Positions 34,853 to 47,949 of a stretch of DNA of 64,000 bases are shown one piece after another. Within the stretch, counting starts at the first letter, position 1; every line of letters begins with the position of its first letter. The translations under genes and the position numbers were made by a program. The DNA is from Nemertoderma westbladi. Its lineage: Eukaryota; Animalia; Xenacoelomorpha. The notes below the pieces were generated by a model. The model did no database searches and was not told the DNA's origin. It was given only the letters and a program-made list of their open reading frames with translations. The stretch lies in NCBI GenBank assembly GCA_032718475.1, contig JAUCBJ010008794.1, positions 76,188 to 140,187 on the forward strand, written 5' to 3'.

Positions 34853-37084
34853 TTAGCCAGAATACTGACAGTGGCAATGGGTCGATAGGAGGAGACAAGA
34901 AGTGGATCCATTCATCTACCCTTGTATGTGTTTAATAATTATTGTCGTATCAAAACTTTCTGGTACTGCACCTAAGCGGAAACAAGCATTCTGCATCTCT
35001 GACATTACTTCACAAATATAATCGGGGTCCAGGGTTAGGAGGTGTTCGACGACCAATGTAGCAGTGTCGGGAGATTTACCTTTAGCCAAGGCAGTGATTG
35101 CCCTCTTTATCGTTGGCAATGAGATTGTTGGTGGAGGCGATTGACTAATAAGTTGAGCCAGATTCTTTAGCGTGTCGGATAAATCGTTGCTAGGAAGCTC
35201 AAATGAATCATGTGACCTCAAAAGTCCTTCGCGGATTTTTGTATTGGTGTTAGAGGGTGGCGACATGTTGTACTTGACATTTATCCCACTCCAAAATCGC
35301 CGAGGGTTAGATTTAAAAGCATGCACAGTTCTTCCAACCATATGACTAACTTTTCTATTGGCCAACCAGTTCTTTAGGCGTCTTACACCTTTTTTGGATT
35401 CTTTGAAATCTCCAATGTCCAATTTCACTCTCATTTGGTTTCCCCTCTTTGACCCTCAGATTGTAAAGATCTATTGTCACCCTTGATCGTTCCTTCAGTG
35501 CGGCAGAGCGTATACGGATATTCTTAGTTTTTTTTTCCAATTTCTTATAATTGGGAATGATGATGCTGCCGATGTTGATAGAATATTTTGAAGCCCACCA
35601 GCAAAGTAATCAAGATCAACCATATTGCATAGTGAGGAATGTTTAGATATTATGTTCTTGACTATGCCAAGCTTGTACAATACAGAAAGTCTACATTTCT
35701 CAATGTTCTCCTTCGTGATTCTGTTCCAAGCGTAGCGTTTCAACCTGAATCCATGAGTTGGAGAATTTATGTCATCAGTTCTCTTGTGATCAGAGATTGC
35801 ACATTCAGAGATCAAACATTTCGAGGTATTATGGTCCAACACTTCACCTGATATTTGTAGTGATCTTCCAGCTTCAGTTGTTAAAATATGGTCTATATAT
35901 GAGTGACAATCATTCCGACAGAATGAGAAGGTGGGCCCTTTGAAAAGTGACGAAGAGAGTGTATCAACTGCTTTCATATCATTATTAATGAGGAATCTCT
36001 CAAGTTTCAATTCCCTTCTTGTGTGCTTCATGCGACTATATCTTGAGCCACCTGTGGCGCCAAGGTCAACATTGGTGTCTGACAGTATGAATGGGATACA
36101 GTCATTATGAAAACTGATTAGCTCTTCTAACCTCTTCTAATCTTGCTTGCTGGAGTCTGGTGCGTAGCCTGATATGAAAAGAAGAGGTTTGTCATACCCA
36201 TCAACCATAGCTCATATACCAATTATGTCATCACCAGTGCACCTGTAGTCCAAGTATGTCACAGTAATCAAGGAGCTCAGTTATGTAGTCAGCAGAGGAA
36301 CAGAAACCATAACAGTTGAATGTGGCTGCTATAATCCGATCGGCATTTCCTAGTAAATGTAGTCATGCCCTTGTTTCGTTCGCCTGAAATTATGTTGTCT
36401 TTTTGTCAAAGACACTGCCGGGACCATTCAGGTGTCCTGGGATAGTAGCCTAGGGATAGTTTAAGAATCGTATCAGAGAGGATGTGTATCTGTTTGATCT
36501 GACCTGGCACCATTGAATCCATTTGGTGAGAGATACAGTCCACCTTTGTCTGATGCTGAGTCTGAAATCTGTTGTGCACAAAATCAGGATGGTGATGGTC
36601 TTCAGTTTGGTTAGGTAATGGTGGATAGTCTACAATGACATTTGTTGCTGTGTTGGGTGAGTTTGCCTTGTTCTGGCAGTGTGTCAAGGATTTACTAGAG
36701 TGTGTCAGGTAAGGTCGATGATTATCATCATTCCTGTAGTCAGAGTCATGTCCATTAACTGCACTAACTCCCTTCGATGTTACTCTTGACAATAATCCAA
36801 CATCATTCGGTGTCTTATTCCACACTCTGCAGTGCATCCCATTGGACCAGAACCCATCCTGACAAATTCGATAGACATTCCTTTCATCTATAATTGCACG
36901 AAAATTTCTGCCATTTCTAAAGTTGCGTGTTGTAATACGATAGACGTTGATTCTATGTTCCTCAAGGAAGGTGATCACGTCATCCTCTGAATTGTCCATG
37001 CTCACACCGGAAATGTGAACCACCTGAACATGGACAGGGTTATCCGGATATAACTCAACATTTTATTGCATGGCTGAAAATTTA

Positions 37085-40000
37085 TTTATACCTGGTGGGA
37101 GTGGCTGTCCCTCCTTGATGCCTTTCTTTATACCTGGTGGGAGTCGCTGTCCCTCTTTGATGCCTTTCTTTATACCTGGTGGGAGTGGCTGTCCCTCCTT
37201 GATGCCTTGTTATACCTGGTGGGATTGGCTGTCCCTCCCTGGTGGGAGTGTCTGTCCCTCCTTGATGCCTTTCTTTATACCTGGTGGGAGTGGCTGTCCC
37301 TCCTTGGTGCCTTGTTATACCTGGTGGCAGTGGCTGTCCCTCCCTGGTGGGAGTGGCTGTCCCTCCCTGGTGGGAGTGGCTGTCCCTCCCTGGTGGGAGT
37401 GTCTGTCCCTCCTTGATGACTTCTTTATACCTGGTGGGAGTGGCTGTCCCTCCTTGATGACTTCTTTATACCTGGTGGGAGTGGCTGTGCCTCCTTGATG
37501 CCTTTCTTTATACCTGGTGGGAGTGGCTGTGCCTCATTGATGACTTCTTTATACTTGGTGGGAGTGGCTGTCCCTCCTTGATGACTTCTTTATACCTGGT
37601 GGGAGTGGCTGTCCCTCCTTGATGCCTTTCTTTATACTTGGTGGGAGTGGCTGTCCCTCCTTGATGACTTCTTTATACCTGGTGGGAGTGGCTGTCCCTC
37701 CTTGATGACTTCTTTATACCTGGTGGGAGTGGCTGTCCCTCCTTGATGACTTCTTTATACCTGGTGGGAGTGGCTGTCCCTCCTTGATGCCTTTCTTTAT
37801 ACCTGGTGGGGGTGGCTGTGCCTCATTGATGCCTTTCTTTATACCTGGTGGGAGTGGCTGTCCCTCCTTGATTCCTTTCTTTATACTTGGTGGGAGTGGC
37901 TGTCCCTCCTTGATGACTTCTTTATACCTGGTGGGAGTGGCTGTCCTTCCTTGATGCCTTTCTTTATACCTGGTGGGAGTGGCTGTCCCTCCTTGATGCC
38001 TTTCTTTATACCTGGTGGGAGTGGCTGTCCTTCCTTGATGCCTTTCTTTATACCTGGTGGGGGTGGCTGTCCCTCCTTGATGACTTCTTTATACCTGGTG
38101 GGGGTGGCTGTGCCTCATTGATGCCTTTCTTTATACCTGGTGGGAGTGGCTGTCCCTCCTTGATGCCTTTCTTTATACCTGGTGGGAGTGGCTGTCCTTC
38201 CTTGATGCCTTTCTTTATACTTGGTGGGAGTGGCTGTCCCTCCTTGATGCCTTTCTTTATACCTGGTGGGAGTGGCTGTCCCTCCTTGATGACTTCTTTA
38301 TACTTGGTGGGAGTGGCTGTCCCTCCTTGATGCCTTTCTTTATACTTGGTGGGAGTGGCTGTCCCTCCTTGATGACTTCTTTATACCTGGTGGGAGTGGC
38401 TGTCCCTCCTTGATGACTTCTTTATACTTGGTGGGAGTGGCTGTCCCTCCTTGATGCCTTTCTTTATACTTGGTGGGAGTGGCTGTCCCTCCTTGATGAC
38501 TTCTTTATACCTGGTGGGAGTGGCTGTCCCTCCTTGATGCCTTTCTTTATACTTGGTGGGAGTGGCTGTCCCTCCTTGATGACTTCTTTATACCTGGTGG
38601 GAGTGGCTGTGCCTCATTGATGCCTTTCTTTATACCTGGTGGGGGTGGCTGTGCCTCCTTGATGCCTTTCTTTATACCTGGTGGGAGTGGCTGTCCTTCC
38701 TTGATGCCTTTCTTTATACCTGGTGGGAGTGGCTGTCCCTCCTTGATGCCTTTCTTTATACCTGGTGGGAGTGGCTGTCCCTCCTTGATGCCTTTCTTTA
38801 TACCTGGTGGGAGTGGCTGTCCCTCCTTGATGCCTTTCTTTATACTTGGTGGGAGTGGCTGTCCCTCCTTGATGCCTTTCTTTATACTTGGTGGGAGTGG
38901 CTGTCCTTCCTTGATGCCTTTCTTTATACCTGGTGGGAGTGGCTGTCCTTCCTTGATGCCTTTCTTTATACCTGGTGGGAGTGGCTGTCCCTCCTTGATG
39001 CCTTTCTTTATACCTGGTGGGAGTGGCTGTCCCTCCTTGATGCCTTTCTTTATACTTGGTGGGAGTGGCTGTCCCTCCTTGATGACTTCTTTATACCTGG
39101 TGGGAGTGGCTGTCCCTCCTTGATGACTTCTTTATACCTGGTGGGAGTGGCTGTCCCTCCTTGATGCCTTTCTTTATACCTGGTGGGAGTGGCTGTCCCT
39201 CCTTGATGCCTTTCTTTATACCTGGTGGGAGTGGCTGTCCCTCCTTGATGCCTTTCTTTATACTTGGTGGGAGTGGCTGTCCCTCCTTGATGCCTTTCTT
39301 TATACCTGGTGGGAGTGGCTGTCCCTCCTTGATGCCTTTCTTTATACTTGGTGGGAGTGGCTGTCCCTCCTTGATGACTTCTTTATACCTGGTGGGAGTG
39401 GCTGTCCCTCCTTGATGACTTCTTTATACCTGGTGGGAGTGGCTGTCCCTCCTTGATGCCTTTCTTTATACCTGGTGGGAGTGGATGTCCCTCCTTGATG
39501 CCTTTCTTTATACCTGGTGGGAGTGGCTGTCCCTCCTTGATGCCTTTCGTTATACCTGGTGGGAGTGGATGTGCCTCCTTGATGCCTTTCTTTATACCTG
39601 GTGGGGGTGGCTGTGCCTCCTTGATGCCTTTCTTTATACCTGGTGGGGGTGGCTGTGCCTCCTTGATGCCTTTCTTTATACCTGGTGGGAGTGGCTGTCC
39701 CTCCTTGATGCCTTTCTTTATACCTGGTGGGGGTGGCTGTGCCTCATTGATGACTTCTTTATACTTGGTGGGAGTGGCTGTCCCTCCTTGATGACTTCTT
39801 TATACCTGGTGGGAGTGGCTGTCCCTCCTTGATGACTTCTTTATACCTGGTGGGAGTGGCTGTCCCTCCTTGATGCCTTTCTTTATACCTGGTGGGAGTG
39901 GCTGTCCCTCCTTGATGCCTTTCTTTATACCTGGTGGGAGTGGCTGTCCTTCCTTGATGCCTTTCTTTATACTTGGTGGGAGTGGCTGTCCTTCCTTGAT

Positions 40001-43000
40001 GCCTTTCTTTATACCTGGTGGGAGTGGCTGTCCCTCCTTGATGCCTTTCTTTATACTTGGTGGGAGTGGCTGTCCCTCCTTGATGCCTTTCTTTATACCT
40101 GGTGGGAGTGGCTGTCCCTCCTTGATGCCTTTCTTTATACTTGGTGGGAGTGGCTGTCCCTCCTTGATGACTTCTTTATACCTGGTGGGAGTGGCTGTCC
40201 CTCCTTGATGACTTCTTTATACCTGGTGGGAGTGGCTGTCCCTCCTTGATGCCTTTCTTTATACCTGGTGGGAGTGGATGTGCCTCCTTGATGCCTTTCT
40301 TTATACCTGGTGGGGGTGGCTGTGCCTCCTTGATGCCTTTCTTTATACCTGGTGGGAGTGGCTGTCCCTCCTTGATGCCTTTCTTTATACTTGGTGGGAG
40401 TGGCTGTCCCTCCTTGATGACTTCTTTATACCTGGTGGGAGTGGCTGTCCCTCCTTGATGACTTCTTTATACCTGGTGGGAGTGGCTGTCCCTCCTTGAT
40501 GCCTTTCTTTATACCTGGTGGGGGTGGCTGTGCCTCCTTGATGCCTTTCTTTATACCTGGTGGGAGTGGCTGTCCTTCCTTGATGCCTTTCTTTATACCT
40601 GGTGGGGGTGGCTGTCCCTCCTTGATGCCTTTCTTTATACTTGGTGGGAGTGGCTGTCCTTCCTTGATGCCTTTCTTTATACCTGGTGGGAGTGGATGTG
40701 CCTCCTTGATGCCTTTCTTTATACCTGGTGGGGGTGGCTGTGCCTCATTGATGCCTTTCTTTATACCTGGTGGGGGTGGCTGTGCCTCATTGATGCCTTT
40801 CTTTATACCTGGTGGGAGTGGATGTGCCTCCTTGATGCCTTTCTTTATACCTGGTGGGGGTGGCTGTACCTCCTTGATGCCTTTCTTTATACCTGGTGGG
40901 AGTGGCTGTCCCTCCTTGATGCCTTTCTTTATACTTGGTGGGAGTGGCTGTCCCTCCTTGATGACTTCTTTATACCTGGTGGGAGTGGCTGTCCCTCCTT
41001 GATGACTTCTTTATACCTGGTGGGAGTGGCTGTCCCTCCTTGATGCCTTTCTTTATACCTGGTGGGAGTGGCTGTCCCTCCTTGATGCCTTTCTTTATAC
41101 CTGGTGGGAGTGGATGTGCCTCCTTGATGCCTTTCTTTATACCTGGTGGGGGTGGCTGTGCCTCCTTGATGCCTTTCTTTATACCTGGTGGGAGTGGCTG
41201 TCCCTCCTTGATGCCTTTCTTTATACTTGGTGGGAGTGGCTGTCCCTCCTTGATGACTTCTTTATACCTGGTGGGAGTGGCTGTCCCTCCTTGATGACTT
41301 CTTTATACCTGGTGGGAGTGGCTGTCCCTCCTTGATGCCTTTCTTTATACCTGGTGGGAGTGGCTGTCCCTCCTTGATGCCTTTCTTTATACCTGGTGGG
41401 AGTGGATGTGCCTCCTTGATGCCTTTCTTTATACCTGGTGGGGGTGGCTGTGCCTCCTTGATGCCTTTCTTTATACCTGGTGGGAGTGGCTGTCCCTCCT
41501 TGATGCCTTTCTTTATACTTGGTGGGAGTGGATGTGCCTCCTTGATGCCTTTCTTTATACCTGGTGGGAGTGGCTGTGCCTCATTGATGCCTTTCTTTAT
41601 ACCTGGTGGGAGTGGCTGTGCCTCATTGATGCCTTTCTTTATACCTGGTGGGAGTGGCTGTCCCTCCTTGATGCCTTTCTTTATACTTGGTGGGAGTGGC
41701 TGTCCCTCCTTGATGACTTCTTTATACCTGGTGGGAGTGGCTGTGCCTCATTGATGCCTTTCTTTATACCTGGTGGGGGTGGCTGTGCCTCCTTGATGCC
41801 TTTCTTTATACCTGGTGGGGGTGGCTGTGCCTCCTTGATGCCTTTCTTTATACCTGGTGGGGGTGGCTGTGCCTCATTGATGCCTTTCTTTATACCTGGT
41901 GGGAGTGGCTGTCCTTCCTTGATGCCTTTCTTTATACCTGGTGGGGGTGGCTGTGCCTCCTTGATGCCTTTCTTTATACCTGGTGGGGGTGGCTGTGCCT
42001 CCTTGATGCCTTTCTTTATACCTGGTGGGAGTGGCTGTCCCTCCTTGATGCCTTTCTTTATACCTGGTGGGAGTGGCTGTCCCTCCTTGATGCCTTTCTT
42101 TATACCTGGTGGGGGTGGCTGTGCCTCCTTGATGCCTTTCTTTATACCTGGTGGGAGTGGCTGTCCCTCCTTGATGCCTTTCTTTATACCTGGTGGGAGT
42201 GGCTGTCCCTCCTTGATGCCTTTCTTTATACCTGGTGGGATGGCTGTCCCTCCCTGGTGGGAGTGGCTGTCCCTCCTTGATGCCTTTCTTTATACCTGGT
42301 GGGAGTGGCTGTCCCTCCTTGATGCCTTTCTTTATACCTGGTGGGAGTGGCTGTCCTTCCTTGATGCCTTTCTTTATACCTGGTGGGGGTGGCTGTCCCT
42401 CCTTGATGCCTTTCTTTATACTTGGTGGGAGTGGCTGTCCTTCCTTGATGCCTTTCTTTATACCTGGTGGGGGTGGCTGTGCCTCCTTGATGCCTTTCTT
42501 TATACCTGGTGGGGGTGGCTGTGCCTCCTTGATGCCTTTCTTTATACCTGGTGGGAGTGGCTGTCCCTCCTTGATGCCTTTCTTTATACCTGGTGGGAGT
42601 GGCTGTCCCTCCTTGATGCCTTTCTTTATACCTGGTGGGGGTGGCTGTGCCTCCTTGATGCCTTTCTTTATACCTGGTGGGAGTGGCTGTCCCTCCTTGA
42701 TGCCTTTCTTTATACCTGGTGGGAGTGGCTGTCCCTCCTTGATGCCTTTCTTTATACCTGGTGGGAGTGGCTGTCCCTCCTTGATGCCTTTCTTTATACC
42801 TGGTGGGAGTGGCTGTCCCTCCTTGATGCCTTTCTTTATACCTGGTGGGAGTGGCTGTCCTTCCTTGATGCCTTTCTTTATACCTGGTGGGGGTGGCTGT
42901 GCCTCCTTGATGCCTTTCTTTATACCCTTTCTTTATACTTGGTGGGAGTGGCTGTCCCTCCTTGATGCCTTTCTTTATACCTGGTGGGAGTGGCTGTCCC

Positions 43001-43468
43001 TCCTTGATGCCTTTCTTTATACCTGGTGGGAGTGGCTGTCCTTCCTTGATGCCTTTCTTTATACCTGGTGGGGGTGGCTGTCCCTCCTTGATGCCTTTCT
43101 TTATACCTGGTGGGGGTGGCTGTCCCTCCTTGATGCCTTTCTTTATACCTGGTGGGAGTGGCTGTCCCTCCTTGATGCCTTTCTTTATACCTGGTGGGAG
43201 TGGCTGTCCTTCCTTGATGCCTTTCTTTATACCTGGTGGGAGTGGCTGTCCCTCCTTGATGCCTTTCTTTATACCTGGTGGGGGTGGCTGTCCCTCCTTG
43301 ATGCCTTTCTTTATACCTGGTGGGAGTGGCTGTGCCTCCTTGATGCCTTTCTTTATACCTGGTGGGAGTGGCTGTCCCTCCTTGATGCCTTTCTTTATAC
43401 CTGGTGGGAGTGGCTGTGCCTCATTGATGCCTTTCTTTATACCTGGTGGGAGTGGCTGTCCCTCCTTC
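37085..43468. repeat. 42/41-bp satellite, ~150 copies, inside LINE ORF1
   Basis: Unit tttatacctggtgggagtggctgtccctccttgatgcctttc; 41-bp variant ...gatgacttc. Confidence 0.97.
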
Positions 43469-43924
43469 ATACCTTGCCAGTCCTTTTCTTATCTACTTTC
43501 CGGTGTTCTTCGCTGGAATAATTTGGTTCAGCAAGAGCTGAGAAGGGATTGTTGCTAAGGCGACAAGTGGTGGGCTTACAATGAGTATTGAGCTTTGAAT
43601 CCGTTAATGGGCCACGAATTGTATGGCGAAGTGGAGGTCGCTGCCACTTGTAGTCATTTGAATAATTATCCTTATTGATATTGTTTTGAAAGTTCATGGC
43701 AAATGTGGAAGCATGCTCGTATATGTTATATCCATTCATTCTGGATTTAGGTCCATTTAATTTGGGTTGAGATAATCTTCCTCTTGTAATGAGATTCTCA
43801 TCAGTTGAATCACCGGAACAATATGCACTATACAATATACCTCACATTAATAACTTTCTAATATCATCAAATCATATAAATGTACATTTGTGGAAACATT
43901 ATCTATATTTCAAATAAAACCAAC

Positions 43925-44357
43925 CTGAGAATCCCATGTCCCAAACTTCCTTGATGTTCATTGTGTAATTGTTTCTCTCGCTATTGATGTACCACATCTC
44001 CGACCATTTTGGCTCATTGATATAATACCTCGTCTGACTGCTGACCTCTCGTTTCTTTCTTTTAAGAACCTTCTGTTGCTGAACCCATGAGACTCTATGG
44101 TCTCGGCGCAGTCTTCGGTGCAGTGAGAGATGAGGAACAACCGACCTCTTGCGGGTCTTTCGGGAATTTATTAAATATATGTCGCTACCTTGAATCACCT
44201 CGTGCAACAACTGGAGTCCATGGTGATTGGCAGTTGCGTGGGCGTGGTCTTTGCCGGCGGGGATGTGAACTAGCCATTGTTGATTGTAAACATTAGCCGA
44301 TAAAATAATTTGTAGACAAGCCAAAAGTAACACCACCAACGTCCCTTGTGTTGCCAT
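43925..44357 (-). CDS. Furin-like proprotein convertase, coding exon 1 (signal peptide, prodomain, start of mature enzyme)
   Basis: ATG at 44357; LVVLLLACLQIILSA; RKRS; VSWVQQQKVLKRKKR; NEPKWSEMWY..MNIKEVWDMGFS. Donor G|GTTGGT at 43925/43924 is phase 1 and joins exon 2 as GFSG-KGVVV. Confidence 0.92.
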
Positions 44358-44761
44358 GTATGTAATAAGTAACTGCCAGAAAATCAATATTATTGGTTAA
44401 AATGTATTTGTCCAATTGTTCTAAAACATGCTACAGTATATATACAGTAGCTATTATTTTTATTGGCAAAAATGTAAGATAAATGTAAATGTAAGATATA
44501 CCGGTAATTTAATTCTCAATTATACAATTGCCTAGAATAATTTATGAGTCATGGTGTAGCTAGTAATTTTTATTTGATAGTCAAAGTAGCTAGTAATTAT
44601 TCACTAGCTAGTTTTTTTATACAAAATATAGGCAGAAGTCAAAATATAGTTTTTACTTATTTTTCTTATTTAGGCCTATTTTACTTATTACTAGATTTAT
44701 TTATCTTCTTATTAGTCATTTCGAGAATATATTGATGATATGGAAATTGTATAAATAAAAG

Positions 44762-46674
44762 GGGCACTACAAAATTTCTTTTGTAATTTTAAGATCACTA
44801 GCTACCTTTAAAAAAACTAGCTACCATAATAAAAAATAATAGCTAACCTCTCTCAGAAGGTCGACATAATTTATGTTCTAGAACAAAAAACCTTCTTGAT
44901 AATATCCATTAGCATGGTCCAAAATATCATTTTGTAATTTTAAGATCACAAGCTAGGTACTACCTTTAAAAACACTAGCTACCTTAATAAAAAATAATAG
45001 GTAACCTCTCTCAGATGGTGAAATTTATGTTCTAGAACGAAAAACGGTACTAGTGTGTTATAGGTACACCCCCCCCCCCCCCTCAAATGTTTTTAACTAG
45101 CTAGTTTTTGCTATTTCTTTTTATGAAATGTTCTAGAACATGATATACATTTGAAAAAAAATAATATAATGTTCTAGAACAAATATTTTTTATTCTAGAA
45201 CAAATTTTAAAAAAGCTTACACATTTTATTTTTTGTTAGTTATGTTTTATTTGATGTCAAGGAAATTGAATTTTCTAGAATATTCGAATTTCTACAGCTA
45301 AGATTTGACTTTCGCCCAACAACTAGCTGAGTTTCGTTGGAAGCTTCTACACAAAGAAAACCCATTTCATGTTAATTTTTTAATTTTAATTAGCTATTAA
45401 AAAAATACTAGCTACCCCCCCCCCCCCCAAACCCATCTTGCCAGCAACGATTAAAAATTATATGAAACAAATTCTAAATAAAATAAAATAAAAATTTTTA
45501 TATTTTATGAACTGTTCTAGAACAAAAACTATTTGTTCTAGAACTTTTTTTTCTAGTTCTAAATAGCTACCATGTTCTAGAATATTATTAAAAAATATAA
45601 ATAGTACATTACATTTTTTAATTTTTTTATAAATTGTTCTAGAACAAAAAATATTTTTTCTAGAACATATACTATATATATTTTAATAGCGAACAAGTTC
45701 TAGAACATGTTTATAAAAAGAAATAGCAAAAACTAGCTCGTAAAAAAAATTTGAGGGGGGGGGGGGGGTGTACCCTATAACACACTAGTGCCCGAAAAAC
45801 ATCATGATAATATCCAATAACATGGTAAAAAATTGATCAAAAATAGGTACGGTACCAATAATTTGGTTTTGTAATTTTAAAAACAGTAGCTACCATAAAA
45901 AACAATAACTAACGTCTAACAGAAGATGACATTAATGTTTTAAAACAAAAATCCTCAAGATAATAGCCATTAACATTGTCAAATAAATGGTGAAAAAGTG
46001 GGTACCCATAACATAGTAGTGCCCTAGAACATATTGTTTATTCAATACTTTTTTTATAAATTTTGTTCTAGAACAAATAATTGTTGTTCTAGAATATGTT
46101 CTATTAAATAATTCGGTTTTTGGTTATTATCAAAGCTAGTTTTTCTTACTTGTTTTTTTAAATGTTCTCGAACATATCGTATTAATTTCTGTAAAAAGTA
46201 ATGTTCTAGAACAAATATTGTTTGTTCTAGAATTTTTTAATATAAATTGTTTTTTTGTGGTGTTCTTTTATTTGATTAGTATTAAAAACAATTACTAAGA
46301 ACTACAAATTTTCATTGTAACTAGTGATTTTTATTAAATATGTGATACAAAGATAACATACTGTACAAAATACATTAACAAATTAGCTAGTTTTTTGTTC
46401 TAGAAAAAAAAATATTTGTTCTAGAACAACAATATTAAATCAATAGATCATATGTTCTAGAACATTTTTAAGAAAAAAAAGTAACAAAAACTAGATAGCA
46501 TAAAAAATTTGGCGGGGGGGGGGGGGGCAGAACAAAAAATATATGTTCTGGAACATCATTTTTTTTTAATAAATAGGCCTAGCTAACATGTTCTAGAACA
46601 CTTCAAACAAAAGTAGCAAAAACTAGCTAGTATAAAAAATTTGGAGGTGGTGTACGGCTGCAATAGTAGTACCC
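44762..46674. repeat. Cluster of related AT-rich MITE remnants rich in TTCTAGAA
   Basis: Termini-like GGGCACTAC (44762), GTAGTGCCC (46016-46024), GTAGTACCC (~46666-46674); many gttctagaac palindromes. Confidence 0.55.
45046..45792. mobile_element. MITE (747 bp) with long inverted ends and 8-bp TSD, Merlin/MULE-like
   Basis: Left GGTACTAGTGTGTTATAGGTACACCC.., right ..GGGTGTACCCTATAACACACTAGTGCC; CGAAAAAC at 45038-45045 and 45793-45800. Confidence 0.8.
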
Positions 46675-47949
46675 GTTCTGAAATTTCACCTTCACTAACA
46701 CTGTATAACTAATTAATAGTAGCTACAGTAGTATTATTTAATTACACAATGGTGCTGAATTGACATCAAATTTGCGATAACTTTATTACTTCTAATTCAA
46801 AAGGCCACACAACTGTACAGTTGCCCTTGCCACCCGGACAATAGCCCTACGCTACAGTTAACACCCAGACAACAGCCCTGCGGTACAGTTTCCACCCGGA
46901 CAATAACCCTACGGTACCCGGACATAACCCCGCGGTACAGTTTCCACCCGGACAGTAGCCCCCAAACAATAGCCCCCCCCCCCCCCCCCATACAAACTTA
47001 AAAGGATTAAACGCTTAGCGAAATAGTAACAATAATTAATATCTAGAATATGGTCAAAAAACTTATAGAATTATATTGCTTTACCTTTACGTCTAAAACT
47101 GTATAGCAAAAATTTAGTTCCAGAAAATAAAATAAATTCCAGAAAACTAATTCGATAGAAATAAATATAAATAGAAACATATCCTTTGTGAATTGGAAAT
47201 AAGCTCAATGTAGATAGGCCTACAACAATAATATATAATATTCGTACATTTGACCTAATGTTAATTAATGCAATTAGAAAACAAAGAAAAAAACAAAAGT
47301 GTGAGAAAAATAATAAATAAAAGAACATGTCAACTTTATGTGTTAGTACTGATCAAACCTTGTTTGGGGGGCTAATGTCCAGGGCACCACCGGGGGCTAT
47401 TGTTTAGGTAATCCGCGCGCTCGGTAATAAAGCTCCTCTGGTGTTTCATACCAAAGGTCGCCGTTCACAGAGGCCGCTCGCCGCGGCCGCCCGCCGCTGC
47501 CGCTCGCCGCTCCTGTGGTGTATCATGGCCTTAAGAATAACGTGCCACTGTACTCTACGGTAAATAATCTCACACCCTACAATCGCTATCATCCGTGGAT
47601 AATATTCCATTACAAACGGTTTAAAATAATATTGATTGATAATTATATTATTATTTAATTAGTTGTCAAGGAAGTTAAGTAAAAACTCTTACCGGTAGAT
47701 ATGCAACGCCCAAAGGATGTCAAAATTCAACAAGCAACTGGACATAGACGGTTGCATGCAATCAGTGATCAGCTGACGGCAGTCAGCTGACCGGTGGTTT
47801 CGCCTTGCCTTACGAAGGAAGGCATTCTCAGGAGCCGCCAAGCCAAGAGAGGACATTTAGAGTGTGAAGTCCCAAAAGGATAAGGAACGGGCAATGAAAC
47901 GAAGATATAGATATGTCACCAGTAACTATCCACTGGGAAGCAGCACCAC

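Larger units (their letters stand above)
32340..43850 (-). mobile_element. Decayed full-length-type LINE (L2/RTEX-like) in the convertase intron, ORF1 and ORF2, interrupted by insertions
   Basis: ORF1 pieces 43467-43835 (LSNNPFSAL) and 36406-37023 (RRM-like VHISG..FWSNGMHCRVW); APE SDTNVDL, YIDHIL, ISDH; GKSPD..EHL; YRPI..LAKVF; DMTAAFDRV; GVKQG; degenerate YAEY near 32770. Clade uncertain. Confidence 0.8.

Noticed and set aside
37070-43558. Many ORFs (MPFFIPGGSGCPSL)n and (EGQPLPPGIKKGIK)n
   Set aside because: Satellite translations, frequently frameshifted by 41-bp units.
47400-47535. GC-rich gccgc-repeat patch as promoter or MITE
   Set aside because: No clear TIR pair or TSD; function cannot be assigned.
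44420-47700. Possible 5' UTR intron of the convertase (minus-strand ttttag near 44421, gtaaga near 47690)
   Set aside because: Splice-like words alone are too common to call without transcript data.
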